A DNA stretch of 64,000 nucleotides from a virus. Taxonomy: Duplodnaviria > Caudoviricetes. The DNA lies in IMG/VR virus record IMGVR_UViG_3300030330_004701, positions 80,966-144,965 of that record; one strand, given 5' to 3'. The notes beneath the pieces are model-generated. The model had not been told where the DNA came from. It ran no database searches and saw nothing but the letters and a program-made list of their open reading frames with translations. Both the position numbers and the translations under genes were made by a program. Positions 9,093 through 19,091 of the stretch are shown here, in pieces; positions within the stretch are counted from its first letter, which is position 1, and each line of letters starts with the position of its first letter.

Positions 9093-10148
9093 TTATAATA
9101 CTCCCTGTAACTTATTAATTATTTGATCTTGTATTTGTTCGACCGTCATATCCCCAACATCTTTTTGGTCAATTTCTGGTCTGTAATAATTGAATCTTCT
9201 ACCGCAGCGTTTTAATATTTGATTAGCCGCCTTCTGTCCCGCCTCATCATAGTCTGTAAGTATGACAACATTCCTAGCGCCACTTCTTTCTATTAGTATC
9301 AATTGGTCTTCGCTAAGACTTGCGCCAAAAATTCCAACGGTATTTGTGACGCCGGCTTCGTGCATACGCCAAACATCGCCTTGTCCTTCTACTAGAACAA
9401 TAGTGCCTTTTTTCATTATATCATCCTTAGCGACATTATACCCGTACAAATAAGAACTTTTTTTGAAACCTTTGCTGTGTAGCCATTTTGGTTGCATATT
9501 CTGGTAGATTGCTCTACCGATACAGGCGACGTAATTATTGTTCTCATCGTAGATAGGTACGACTACTCGGCCTGACATTGGTTTACCTTTGCCGATACAC
9601 ATACCTATGTCGAATTTCTCAAGAGTTTCCGCTTTATATCCACGGTTGATGTAATATTGTGAAGGTATATCAAGTTTACTTACGACAGAACCTCTATCAA
9701 TAACTTGCTCGTGCCTTACTGGTTCTCTCTGAAAAGTCTCTAATATTTTAACAACACTGTAATTTTCTACAGGTTGCTCGAATTCAATACTCTCTGGGTC
9801 TAAGCCTAAAAACTTACTGCAGAAATAAAATGTCTCTAATACTCCAACCTCTTTAGACTTTCTATTTGTAAGAAGACCGCGAACAAAACCAAAGGTATTC
9901 TTGCCATAGTCTTCGTGGCAGTTCGCTGTCCAGCAGTTCCAGTTGCCTTTTGAACTGACCCCATCGGTAAATATGGAACAACCTTCTGGATTGTCACCTC
10001 CGTGAATAGGACAAGCAAAGGCTAGTCTATTTGGGTATTCAATATAATCAATTTCAAAATATTTCAGCAAATCTTCAACTCTAGTTGCGAGCTGATTAGA
10101 CACCGCTAATATCTGCTGATTCGTTAGTCGTTTGTTCAAAACCATCAT
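9093..10148 (-). CDS. dnaG: DNA primase
   Basis: Zn-binding CPIHGGD...CWTANC; TOPRIM VEGQGD and DYDEAG. Confidence 0.88.
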   Translation of the reverse strand: MMVLNKRLTNQQILAVSNQLATRVEDLLKYFEIDYIEYPNRLAFACPIHGGDNPEGCSIFTDGVSSKGNWNCWTANCHEDYGKNTFGFVRGLLTNRKSKEVGVLETFYFCSKFLGLDPESIEFEQPVENYSVVKILETFQREPVRHEQVIDRGSVVSKLDIPSQYYINRGYKAETLEKFDIGMCIGKGKPMSGRVVVPIYDENNNYVACIGRAIYQNMQPKWLHSKGFKKSSYLYGYNVAKDDIMKKGTIVLVEGQGDVWRMHEAGVTNTVGIFGASLSEDQLILIERSGARNVVILTDYDEAGQKAANQILKRCGRRFNYYRPEIDQKDVGDMTVEQIQDQIINKLQGVL

Positions 10149-11565
10149 CCTTAATCTTGCTTGATTTATGGGCCTCGTTTCTTGTTTTGCCCTCAACAAG
10201 CTTACCAAATTTACCAAACATGTTCATATTGATATAGTCACCATCATCAAGTCCGGCTCCGTGACGAGCAACAATTGGAACAAGTTTTCTGTTACCATGT
10301 TCCTCTCCGTCATCAGCCATCTCTTCGTCTGACTTCATCTTAAAAATAGTAAAGCTGGTACACAACCAAATCAATCTGTCAGAACCACTGACAACATCTG
10401 TTGATTCCTTTGTAATACCATCTCTGTTTAGCTGCACAAAACTCAAACAAGGGACATCATGTTTTACGCAGAAGTTATGTAGCTGCGTAATTTGAAACCC
10501 TAATACTTGGAACTCCTGCATGGAGTTAGAAATACTGTCCGAGTTCATCAATTTCAAATAGTCATAAATTATAATACAATCATTTGTTCTGCCATTTTCA
10601 TCAAAGCCAACTTCTTGGTGAATCCATTTGCGCATAATTGCAAGAATGTTTTCAAATGGCTGACCAGCAATACTAACGTAGTGATATGGGATATTCTGTA
10701 GTTCTTCGGCTGCCTTTTCTACTTTCTCAATATCTAAATCATTGTTAGCGAATTTGCCACTAGCTAACTTGTTAATCTCCACGCCGCTGAGGTTTGCCAG
10801 CATACGATTGAGGTGGTCTTCTTTTGACATTTCAGTATCTAACATCAACACTGGGATATTTAAGTTTCTAGATACGTGCATGGCTACAGCGTCACCAAAC
10901 ATGGACTTACCGACTTTAGGACGGGCAGCAACCAGATCTACACATTTCCTGCGTATACCTCCACCAATAGCCTCATCAAAGCGGGGAAATCCGGTGCTTA
11001 TGCCCAGCATTTCATTTTGGTTTTCTTTCAAAAACTCAACGTATTCGCCTACATCTTCACCAATAATTTTTGGTTTATTATCTGAGCCTTGATATATCTT
11101 TGAAGTGGCATCAAGAATAGGAGTTTCGATCAAAGAGATGATCTCTGCAATATCTTCGTCACCATTGATCTTGTCTACTTCTAAAGAACATTTAGCCAAA
11201 GTCTTCTTTACGTCACGAGCTATCTTGAGTTTAGCTAACTTAGCCCCATTGACAGGAATGTTATCTTCCAGAATGGGAGTATCAAACAAGTATCTTAAAT
11301 AACCAGCTTCCTCTTTAATGATGTCGTAATGATTAAGCTGATTTGCGGCGGAAAGCAATGACGAAAGCTCCGCCTTTTGAGTAGACTCAAGAGACTTTTT
11401 TATACAGTCAAAGATAACCTGATTTGTTTGATCTACAAAATACTCGGTACTGATATACTCAACCTCAAGCATTGCATCAATTCCGTATTGACACAAACCA
11501 GCGAGAACAGCAGATTCAGCTGCGGCATCTTCTAGCTTATTTTCATTTTGTTTAATTCGTACCAT
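10096..11565 (-). CDS. dnaB: Replicative DNA helicase
   Basis: AESAVLAGL, GISTGF, Walker A ARPKVGKS, TEMS, IYDYLKL, QLNR, ARHG; likely start MVRIKQ. Confidence 0.9.
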   Translation of the reverse strand: MVRIKQNENKLEDAAAESAVLAGLCQYGIDAMLEVEYISTEYFVDQTNQVIFDCIKKSLESTQKAELSSLLSAANQLNHYDIIKEEAGYLRYLFDTPILEDNIPVNGAKLAKLKIARDVKKTLAKCSLEVDKINGDEDIAEIISLIETPILDATSKIYQGSDNKPKIIGEDVGEYVEFLKENQNEMLGISTGFPRFDEAIGGGIRRKCVDLVAARPKVGKSMFGDAVAMHVSRNLNIPVLMLDTEMSKEDHLNRMLANLSGVEINKLASGKFANNDLDIEKVEKAAEELQNIPYHYVSIAGQPFENILAIMRKWIHQEVGFDENGRTNDCIIIYDYLKLMNSDSISNSMQEFQVLGFQITQLHNFCVKHDVPCLSFVQLNRDGITKESTDVVSGSDRLIWLCTSFTIFKMKSDEEMADDGEEHGNRKLVPIVARHGAGLDDGDYINMNMFGKFGKLVEGKTRNEAHKSSKIKDDGFEQTTNESADISGV

Positions 11566-11699
11566 AATAATCCCACATTGGCCATTGCATAAGAAAACCA
11601 CATAAGCGCATGTGGATAATCTTTTTGTTTTACACAAGAAACACACACAACTAAGTACATTATCGAAGCTGTTGTGATCGCAAGCATACCTAAATTCAT
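11532..11699 (-). CDS. Small membrane protein (55 aa), below ORF-track cutoff
   Basis: MNLGMLAITTASIMYLVVCVSCVKQKDYPHALMWFSYAMANVGLLWYELNKMKIS; start abuts upstream stop. Confidence 0.55.
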   Translation of the reverse strand: MNLGMLAITTASIMYLVVCVSCVKQKDYPHALMWFSYAMANVGLLWYELNKMKIS

Positions 11700-11798
11700 T
11701 TACATTCCTCTAAAAATATAGAACCCCATACAAATAGTAGCACTCAAAAATACGCCGAGTAGGAAGTCTTTCCATTCTAAAGTAATTGCTTTCTTCAT
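11700..11798 (-). CDS. Small membrane peptide (32 aa)
   Basis: MKKAITLEWKDFLLGVFLSATICMGFYIFRGM; TAATG overlap with upstream gene. Confidence 0.5.
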   Translation of the reverse strand: MKKAITLEWKDFLLGVFLSATICMGFYIFRGM

Positions 11799-12151
11799 TA
11801 TCCAAAAAATCCTTTGATCTTAGTTAAGATATCCCCACCTCCAAAACCACCTTTGAAGATTACTAGGTATGCTACTATAGCACCAACTATGATAAAAAAC
11901 AACCACTTTCTCTTAGAAGCGACCGCATAAAACTTTTCTTTTATTGCTGCAATCTTCTCTAATCGGTAGTTTCGTCTTTCTTCAACCTTCTCTTTGCGTT
12001 CTTCTTTGCGTTCTTCCTTAGCCTCTCTTCTAGCTTCACCTCTAGTCCTAGCCGATTCTTCCGAAACTTCGGACTCTTCGCTATCGCCTACTTCGGTAGC
12101 CTTGTTAGGGAAAATTTTATCTTTAATACTTTGCAATATATTTTTGAACAT
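11798..12151 (-). CDS. Hypothetical membrane protein
   Basis: Charged coiled region then hydrophobic segment WLFFIIVGAIVAYLVIF. Confidence 0.6.
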   Translation of the reverse strand: MFKNILQSIKDKIFPNKATEVGDSEESEVSEESARTRGEARREAKEERKEERKEKVEERRNYRLEKIAAIKEKFYAVASKRKWLFFIIVGAIVAYLVIFKGGFGGGDILTKIKGFFG

Positions 12152-12774
12152 TATAGCTCCTTAAGAAAATCTAAGTTTAGTTCCAAGTCTGTTTTGGCGA
12201 ACCATCGGTGCCAAATATCACCCTCTCCTCCATCCCCATTAGAGGTGTAGAATTTTTTATATCCTAGCGATTCCATATAATCATAGCTCTTATAATTTGG
12301 AACAAATCCATGATGCTCAGCGCAAATTACCTTAATATCCATTTTAGAAAAATCTATGCCAGATATTGCTTCATGCTCAAAGCCCTCTAAGTCAAGTGAT
12401 AGAAAATCAACTGCTGTTATGGACTGATCGTCAAAAATTTGCTGCAGAGTTTTTGCTGGAGCTATGAATGATTCCGTCGAATCAGAAGCGCCTGAACAAG
12501 TCGCAGTCATGCCTCCGCCATGAAGTGTTATCGTTGGTTTATCATACTGGTCAGATACAATAGCGGCATGCACAAATTTAGTTGCCGGTCTATTAAGCAA
12601 AAAACCAGCTTCATATCTAATTTGAGCATCTATTGCTATGCCAGACCATCCAGCCCTTTCTAAATCAAAGGTGTTATTCTGTTCATTATAGTCATTGCAA
12701 CCAGCGTCCACAAAAAAACCGCTACTACCAAATATTGAGAGGGCTATCTTATCTACATTATCTTGAGCCGCCAT
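12151..12774 (-). CDS. FkbM-family methyltransferase
   Basis: GFFVDAGCND, GWSGIAID, VDFLSLDLEGFE. Confidence 0.8.
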   Translation of the reverse strand: MAAQDNVDKIALSIFGSSGFFVDAGCNDYNEQNNTFDLERAGWSGIAIDAQIRYEAGFLLNRPATKFVHAAIVSDQYDKPTITLHGGGMTATCSGASDSTESFIAPAKTLQQIFDDQSITAVDFLSLDLEGFEHEAISGIDFSKMDIKVICAEHHGFVPNYKSYDYMESLGYKKFYTSNGDGGEGDIWHRWFAKTDLELNLDFLKEL

Positions 12775-13196
12775 TATTCTCCACTGCTCCCGAAGCCACC
12801 CTCTCCACGATCAGTATCATCGAGATCATCAACTTCTAAAAATTCAACATCTTCAACTTTTTGTATGATTAATTGTGCTATTCTATCACCCGGATGAACA
12901 TGCACTATTTGGTCAGAAGTATTCAGTAGGCAAACTTTTATCTCGCCCCTGTAGCCAGAATCAATTACACCAGCAAGAACATCAATACCCTTCTTAACTG
13001 ACAAGCCAGACCTTGGCCAAATTAGACCACAATAGCCATCGGGAATAGCAATTGATATGTCGGTAGAAATTAATCTTCTTTTATGTGGATAAACTGGCTG
13101 TGATGTGTGGGAAGCGTATAAATCCCAGCCAGCATCAGAACTGTGCGCCTTAGTAGGAACGCTTGCAGATTCGTTTAATAATTTAACTTTTATCAT
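12774..13196 (-). CDS. dut: dUTP diphosphatase
   Basis: AGWDL, RSGLS, GVIDSGYRGEI, DRIAQL, RGEGGFGSSG. Confidence 0.97.
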   Translation of the reverse strand: MIKVKLLNESASVPTKAHSSDAGWDLYASHTSQPVYPHKRRLISTDISIAIPDGYCGLIWPRSGLSVKKGIDVLAGVIDSGYRGEIKVCLLNTSDQIVHVHPGDRIAQLIIQKVEDVEFLEVDDLDDTDRGEGGFGSSGE

Positions 13197-13639
13197 TATC
13201 TTCTCCTCCCAGCTAGACAGCTATCACATACAAACCACTCTCTTCTATGTGACTCGTGTACATTGAAAATCTCATTACACTCTTGGCACTTCTGCGGAAC
13301 TAACTTGCTAGGACTTCTTCTCTCTGTGGGCACGAAATCTGGAGTTTCTATGTCAGTATGTTCTGTGCCATCGTCAACAAACTTATTTTCTCTAAGTTTA
13401 ACACTATTGACAGGTGTTCTACTACTCGACTTAGGATTTCTTTCCATAGCGAACTCATCGGCAGTGACTCTCTGAGGTGTGTTTTCTTCCTTCTTTACTA
13501 CCTGTTTCGGTTCAGGTTGAGCAGGTGTTTCGGTTTCAATATCCACCTCTAATAGAGAGTTTGCCATATTTATTAAATCCTCATCATTAAGAGCAATACC
13601 TTTTCTTAGTAGCTCTTTTGCTGTATCAATTATCGACAT
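13196..13639 (-). CDS. Hypothetical protein with C-terminal zinc finger
   Basis: CQEC...CDSC. Confidence 0.55.
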   Translation of the reverse strand: MSIIDTAKELLRKGIALNDEDLINMANSLLEVDIETETPAQPEPKQVVKKEENTPQRVTADEFAMERNPKSSSRTPVNSVKLRENKFVDDGTEHTDIETPDFVPTERRSPSKLVPQKCQECNEIFNVHESHRREWFVCDSCLAGRRR

Positions 13640-14136
13640 TAGTAACCTCTTCTTTTGCCTAAGTCTTGTAATAATCCAGCCATCCTCTTTGTATTATCGA
13701 CTTTACCAGAAAGTCTGTTGAGTCTAGCTTGCGACATAATTTTTAATCTATTTAATTCTGTGGCCATTGGGTTTTCTTTTACTGCGGAATAATATTTTTC
13801 CTGCCATTTGGAGTATTGGCCTCCGTAGTTTTGCAGCTTATCTCCGACCATGAACCAGATGCTGTCATCGCAAAACTCAACGACCGTCTTCTCTTTATTA
13901 TAAACACCTTGAAGATATTCTGCATGAGCAAAAAGAACAAAAGAATAAGACAGCGCCTTCTCTTGACTCAGAGATCTAATCTCATCAGAGCTTAGCGCCA
14001 TGATTGGCTCCACTTCTTCATTTTCTTTTGCAAGGTCTGCGTTTCTATCTTCAATCCAGTCATCCACTTTTGAGAGGAATTCTGTAACTTTTTGTTCGTT
14101 AGTCAAATTTTGCCCTCCATTGTTCTTCAGACTCAT
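13639..14136 (-). CDS. Hypothetical helical protein (possible recombination mediator by position)
   Basis: Coupled to nuclease and recA genes; no firm motif. Confidence 0.45.
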   Translation of the reverse strand: MSLKNNGGQNLTNEQKVTEFLSKVDDWIEDRNADLAKENEEVEPIMALSSDEIRSLSQEKALSYSFVLFAHAEYLQGVYNKEKTVVEFCDDSIWFMVGDKLQNYGGQYSKWQEKYYSAVKENPMATELNRLKIMSQARLNRLSGKVDNTKRMAGLLQDLGKRRGY

Positions 14137-14512
14137 TATAATTTAGTTCAATTAAAGTCATATGGTTTAGTTCGCACCAAGCTCTTTTATCTTTATCTCT
14201 TGCTTGAGCTTTGAAAAACGCCATCTTGTCTTTGTGAAAAAATGAATTGAACTTAAAGTGCTGTTCGCCATGCACTTCTACAATCAGCTCTCTGTTTGGC
14301 ACATATAGATCAGCATAGAGCAGAGTCTTCCTAGAGCCTGTTCTAGTTCCCGGTAGTGTCACTTCCTCTAGTATTCTATCATAAGGGTACACTTCTTTCA
14401 AGATGGATCTTGCTTTTTTATGTAAAGAAGATCTGTTTTTTTCATCTACCGAGGCTTGACTTCTAGAGGGGTTCCACTTCCAAGTTTTACCATCGAGACC
14501 TTCTACATACAT
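14099..14512 (-). CDS. Vsr/DUF559-like endonuclease
   Basis: EEV...ADLYVPNRELIVEVHGEQHF...RDKDK. Confidence 0.7.
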   Translation of the reverse strand: MYVEGLDGKTWKWNPSRSQASVDEKNRSSLHKKARSILKEVYPYDRILEEVTLPGTRTGSRKTLLYADLYVPNRELIVEVHGEQHFKFNSFFHKDKMAFFKAQARDKDKRAWCELNHMTLIELNYNESEEQWRAKFD

Positions 14513-15576
14513 TATAGCATACCCTTAATTTCTTTTTCTAAGATGTCAAAGACTTCTTCATTCGCCAGTAAGAAGTTATACAACCTTTCTTGACCTTGGA
14601 ACTTTACTGCTTTTAGGACTGCCTCAGTATCTTCTATATTTGTTTCTGGCTTTATCTTCTTGACTACATCAGTAAAACCAACCATGAACTCACATGTGAA
14701 CCAAGCGCCAGCCTTACCTATTAGACCTAAGTCCAGTCCAAGCATGATAAGCTCTTGAATTTTGTCTACACCGTGTCCATATTTAATCCAGCTTTGACAC
14801 TCTGTTCCGGGAGATCCCATAGATGAACAAACTACTTTCCAATTAACAGCCTGTCCAACCTGACGGTCGCTTTGCACCCAAGGGCTGATAGATTTTACTT
14901 CCATTCTAGTGTCTGCCTGATATTGAATTTTTCTACCGCAGTCTGGCATTCTAGACGCACCATAGCCAGAAGTATTAGCGATGAAGTGTGTGATAATAAT
15001 CAGTGTCGCCCTTTGATTGGGAACAATCTGTCCCATCTTTTTACAAAATACAGACAGGATCTTCGGGAGTCCTGCTCGTCCGGGAGTCATGTCTCCATCT
15101 AATTCTTTTGCTGGCATTAGGGATGAAGTGGAGTCGATAATACAGACACAGCCTTCATTCTCTTTTGCGCTGACAAGCTTGACTGCGATATCTAGAAACG
15201 CCTCTGCACTAAGTGGCTCATCCTCAGAATGAATGATTTGCATTTTTTCCTTATCCAAGCCGTCCACGCCAAGCAGATTCATTTCTTTTAGTCTGCCTTC
15301 AGCGTCAAGATAGATGATTGGACGACCTTCTTTTTGGCAGTTGGCAGCGATTTGTAAAGCTGTAGTTGTTTTTCCGCACTTTGGATCTCCAGTTAGGATG
15401 ACCCAAGAGCCTTCTTTAATCCCGCCGCCTAATGCTAGGTCAATAGCAGGACTGACAGTAACAACCTTATAATCTTTCCTTCTCTCTAAAACTTGATTCC
15501 CAGTGGAGATCACATTGCCATATTTCTTAATAATTTCTTTTACAAATGCTGGATCAGTCTTTTTTGTCTTTGCCAT
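14512..15576 (-). CDS. recA: RecA/UvsX-like recombinase
   Basis: IDLALGGGI, Walker A GDPKCGKTT, YLDAEG, IIDS, KAGAWF. Confidence 0.9.
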   Translation of the reverse strand: MAKTKKTDPAFVKEIIKKYGNVISTGNQVLERRKDYKVVTVSPAIDLALGGGIKEGSWVILTGDPKCGKTTTALQIAANCQKEGRPIIYLDAEGRLKEMNLLGVDGLDKEKMQIIHSEDEPLSAEAFLDIAVKLVSAKENEGCVCIIDSTSSLMPAKELDGDMTPGRAGLPKILSVFCKKMGQIVPNQRATLIIITHFIANTSGYGASRMPDCGRKIQYQADTRMEVKSISPWVQSDRQVGQAVNWKVVCSSMGSPGTECQSWIKYGHGVDKIQELIMLGLDLGLIGKAGAWFTCEFMVGFTDVVKKIKPETNIEDTEAVLKAVKFQGQERLYNFLLANEEVFDILEKEIKGML

Positions 15577-16009
15577 TTGAGTTCCTCAATTTAGAAAAAA
15601 GAGATTTGTTGCCAAAGCTCTTCATAGGTTTTACATTTATGTTATCTTCTTCTACTTCAATAATATCACGTTGTTTGGGTTTTGGCCTTGAGTCTAGAAG
15701 TTTTTTATGCTTTTTAACTTCATCTTTTACCCATTTTGGTAATGCAGAGTAAACTCGCTTGTTTTTGTTTATAATGTAATCATAGACAGCATCTTCGCCA
15801 AATTCAGAGATCATTTTATAAACCTCTTGAACTTGACGTTGATACTGTTTTTTGCGAGTCTTATTCCAGAACTTATAGGATAGAGAGCCTTCATTTTCTC
15901 TCTCTGCCCTACGTTGAACCAATATTTCAGCGATGTATTGGCCTATGGTGCAATACTCACCCGTTGAGGGTGACTTGAACCTGCTCGTTTTGCTTCTTTG
16001 TTTCGCCAT
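15554..16009 (-). CDS. Hypothetical protein
   Basis: Coupled ORF, no motif. Confidence 0.55.
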   Translation of the reverse strand: MAKQRSKTSRFKSPSTGEYCTIGQYIAEILVQRRAERENEGSLSYKFWNKTRKKQYQRQVQEVYKMISEFGEDAVYDYIINKNKRVYSALPKWVKDEVKKHKKLLDSRPKPKQRDIIEVEEDNINVKPMKSFGNKSLFSKLRNSNGKDKKD

Positions 16010-16463
16010 TATTCCAAATCATCCAAGAAAGATTTTCCTGAGTCATCATTCTTCTTTGAGAGAATTCCATAAATTGACACTCTGGCCAACTATATTTCTT
16101 TATCTCTACTTCAAGATTTTCATTTAATAAACCAAATGTCATGTGCTGGTAAGACGGCCCGTCTCCAGTTACCATGTCAATATCTTTTGAAAAACCCCTA
16201 GCAATAAAAAAGCCATCAAGGCCATTTTCATCTTCAAAAACAACCTCTTCAGGTGCTCCCATTACAATTACTTGCGCTTTGGTTACAACTCTACCGTTTT
16301 CTTCACAGTGTCTTTGCAGTCTAAGCCAAGGGCTTTCAGGCAATCCGGGACGCTCATAGTCGCCCCAGACAATAGTGCCATCGTCTAATGTACATTTCCA
16401 AGTCATGGAAATGTCTTCCATAATCAGTTTACGGATGTGTTCATCTCTGACAGTACAAATCAT
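15957..16463 (-). CDS. Hypothetical protein
   Basis: SD AAGGAGG upstream. Confidence 0.6.
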   Translation of the reverse strand: MICTVRDEHIRKLIMEDISMTWKCTLDDGTIVWGDYERPGLPESPWLRLQRHCEENGRVVTKAQVIVMGAPEEVVFEDENGLDGFFIARGFSKDIDMVTGDGPSYQHMTFGLLNENLEVEIKKYSWPECQFMEFSQRRMMTQENLSWMIWNNGETKKQNEQVQVTLNG

Positions 16464-16464
16464 A

Positions 16465-16854
16465 TCAGTCCTCCTTAATTTTATGGATAGACCCCCTATG
16501 GCGAGGAGCTACATTGACTTTTTCTGGCAATCTTTCTTCTTTGGTCTCATCTCCTGCCATCGAAGCGTTTTCGGTCATAACGACAGCTCCGTACTTTTCG
16601 TTTCTTGCCATTAGTTCTCCAGCTTTTGGTACTATGAAACCTTCAGCATCATCAGTAGCACCTTTAATAGAAACAGATACAGACGGTTTGTCTGGACTTT
16701 CTTTTTTAGGTTCTTGATCGCCAAGCTTTGCTAAATAATTGCTAACAGATTTTTCTGATCTATCAAGATCTTCTGCAATCTGATCCGCTGACAACTGTTG
16801 ATTTTCCTCGATATAACTTTTTTCGCTTTTAGAAAGCGGGCCCTTCTTAGTCAT
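16465..16854 (-). CDS. Hypothetical protein with N-terminal helix-turn-helix
   Basis: SADQIAEDLDRSEKSV HTH-like. Confidence 0.55.
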   Translation of the reverse strand: MTKKGPLSKSEKSYIEENQQLSADQIAEDLDRSEKSVSNYLAKLGDQEPKKESPDKPSVSVSIKGATDDAEGFIVPKAGELMARNEKYGAVVMTENASMAGDETKEERLPEKVNVAPRHRGSIHKIKED

Positions 16855-16855
16855 T

Positions 16856-17188
16856 TTAAACCTCCATTAATGATCTTCTTGCGCGAGTCAAAAAGATTCT
16901 ATCTCTCTTTGTTAAATATTCTAAATAGTAAGCATACACTTCTTTTCTGACTTTTCTGAAGTCAAAGTATGGTCTATTATGCATGTTCTTATCAGCACCA
17001 AACGGGTCAAACAGATCCCCTCTACCATATTTAATATAGTAGGTTGTGTATTCTCCGTTTTCAACGACCTTAACAAACGCATCTTTCTTCTGGACCTTTT
17101 CACCTTTTGCTCCGATAAAAGTAGTTACTTTTTCAGGAACATCCGGCAAATTTAGGTGTGATATATCATCATTTTCTGCTCTAGCCAT
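16856..17188 (-). CDS. Hypothetical protein
   Basis: Coupled ORF. Confidence 0.55.
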   Translation of the reverse strand: MARAENDDISHLNLPDVPEKVTTFIGAKGEKVQKKDAFVKVVENGEYTTYYIKYGRGDLFDPFGADKNMHNRPYFDFRKVRKEVYAYYLEYLTKRDRIFLTRARRSLMEV

Positions 17189-17399
17189 TTAGCTTCTCCA
17201 ATAATTCTTTAATTTTTTTAATACAATCAGCTCTGTCAAAACCATCAACAGTCATTTTAGCATGGCGGCCAATATCATATCTTGCAAGCTCTTCTTCACT
17301 TGCAGGGATAGGATCAAGATCGCCATTCTTCAATACTTCATGAACAGCTATACCTATATGTATAATAGCTTTATGTGGTAGATTTGCCCTATCAGTCAT
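17181..17399 (-). CDS. Hypothetical protein
   Basis: Coupled ORF. Confidence 0.5.
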   Translation of the reverse strand: MTDRANLPHKAIIHIGIAVHEVLKNGDLDPIPASEEELARYDIGRHAKMTVDGFDRADCIKKIKELLEKLNG

Positions 17400-17740
17400 T
17401 AGTCACCTTTTTCGATATACTTAATTTTTTCTGCAGTTGACATCTTATTTATTTTATTTCTTCGTTGATTAACTTCTCGGTCTTTCTTGACCTTATCCAT
17501 ATTGTCAGCCTGCATCTTGTCTTGGAGCTCATACTTGCCAAGCTTCTGTGTATTTCTATCGGCAAGATGTTGAATAGTGCTAGGCTCACCCTTAACTGAA
17601 ATATGTGGCGCGCCTAAGATAACACGCCTGAATTTATGTTTTTTGCATTGTGGGCATCTGACCAGAGGTTTCTCGGAAAACTTCTGAAAAACTTCTTTGT
17701 GATAGCCACACTCGCTACATTCATAATCATATGTTGGCAT
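17399..17740 (-). CDS. FmdB-family zinc ribbon protein
   Basis: MPTYDYECSECG...CPQC. Confidence 0.8.
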   Translation of the reverse strand: MPTYDYECSECGYHKEVFQKFSEKPLVRCPQCKKHKFRRVILGAPHISVKGEPSTIQHLADRNTQKLGKYELQDKMQADNMDKVKKDREVNQRRNKINKMSTAEKIKYIEKGD

Positions 17741-17777
17741 AAAAAACTCCTATAAATAGTCTATCAATATTATAGAC

Positions 17778-18101
17778 TTACTTATCGAGTTTGACATCTA
17801 CTTTCTTTAGATTTTCAGAGAATTCTTGCAATGTGCTTATGGTTGTTTCTCTAGCTACTTTCTCTGCGGCCTCAGTAGCGTAAGCCTCGACCTCTATTGG
17901 AAGCTCATTAGAAAGAGCTTGTAAAAATGTTTCAAACTTCATAGCTGTGTTGTCTGATATTGAGGTATTGTAATATATACCTTCTTCCAAAATGGTAAGT
18001 CTTTGCTCTAATTTAGCGTTATTATACTCAGCTCTAGCACCTATAAGAACAATAACAGTTAGAAAAACTCCCCTAAAAATATTTAACTGGTTCACCTTCA
18101 T
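17778..18101 (-). CDS. Hypothetical membrane-anchored protein
   Basis: N-terminal hydrophobic helix. Confidence 0.5.
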   Translation of the reverse strand: MKVNQLNIFRGVFLTVIVLIGARAEYNNAKLEQRLTILEEGIYYNTSISDNTAMKFETFLQALSNELPIEVEAYATEAAEKVARETTISTLQEFSENLKKVDVKLDK

Positions 18102-18783
18102 CTTCATTCTCATCTTCTTCTTTGTTGAGTGTCATTAAAATTTTGGACACAATACCGCTACGCACAATATCGCTATAATCCAATTTGCAAACACCAACGC
18201 CAGATACCTCAACGAGTTTATCCATGCATGTTTTAAGACCACCTTGATGCTTGCCTAAGTCGGACTGTCTTAGGTCTCCATTTATCACAGCTTTGGAATC
18301 CTTTCCAATTCTAGTAATAAACATTTTAATTTGCTCAAACGTGGCATTCTGAGCTTCGTCTAAGATCATAAAGCAATTATGAAAGTTTCGCCCCCTCATA
18401 TATTCGAGCGGGCATAATTCAATAATATCTCTACTTCTATAAGTTTCTACCGTATTCTTTGTAAGATATTGGTTCATCTCCTCTATAATAGGTATTAAGT
18501 AGGGATTAATCTTTTCTACTAATGTGCCGGGCAAGTGACCCAAACCACGACCCGACTCTACAACAGGTCGAGTAATAATAATTTTGTCTACTTTCTTTTC
18601 TATCAAGTATTCACAAGCCATTCCCACAGAAACACTTGTTTTACCAGATCCAGCAGGCCCAGAACAAAAAGTCACATCAGACTTGTTTATGCTCTGCATG
18701 TAGGTTTCTTGGTTTCGTGTTTTAGGCCGTAATATTTTTCTTCTTTGTCTTGTTGTCTTTGGTTTTTTTGCTTGTCTTGCCAT
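18073..18783 (-). CDS. phoH: PhoH-family ATPase
   Basis: GPAGSGKT, ITRP, LGHLPG, YMRGRNF, ILDEAQN, TRIG, GDLRQSD. Confidence 0.95.
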   Translation of the reverse strand: MARQAKKPKTTRQRRKILRPKTRNQETYMQSINKSDVTFCSGPAGSGKTSVSVGMACEYLIEKKVDKIIITRPVVESGRGLGHLPGTLVEKINPYLIPIIEEMNQYLTKNTVETYRSRDIIELCPLEYMRGRNFHNCFMILDEAQNATFEQIKMFITRIGKDSKAVINGDLRQSDLGKHQGGLKTCMDKLVEVSGVGVCKLDYSDIVRSGIVSKILMTLNKEEDENEDEGEPVKYF

Positions 18784-19091
18784 TAATTATTCTCTACTGC
18801 TATAGTTTTAATTTCTGAACCCTGACACATTGGACACATCGACTGAGAGCCGGGTTTATGTATGCCAAGTTGGTGATGGGTCATAAGGATTGCTTGCATT
18901 ATCTGCGTATCTCTAAGTCTCGCATGTATGGGTAATTCTCTGAGATCTTTTTCCACTGGGATTTTGACCTCTATTGATGGCTCCTTATTCATTATATGCC
19001 TGAACATATAGAAAGAGCTCGCTAAATTCAGTAAAGATAGAGAAAAAAGCACGTAAACTGCGTTCTTGTAGAATTTCATTATATTAACCAA
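18783..19091 (-). CDS. Small membrane-anchored protein with His/CxxC motif
   Basis: N-terminal TM; THHQLGIH...MCPMC; overlaps DUF1501 stop. Confidence 0.55.
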   Translation of the reverse strand: MVNIMKFYKNAVYVLFSLSLLNLASSFYMFRHIMNKEPSIEVKIPVEKDLRELPIHARLRDTQIMQAILMTHHQLGIHKPGSQSMCPMCQGSEIKTIAVENN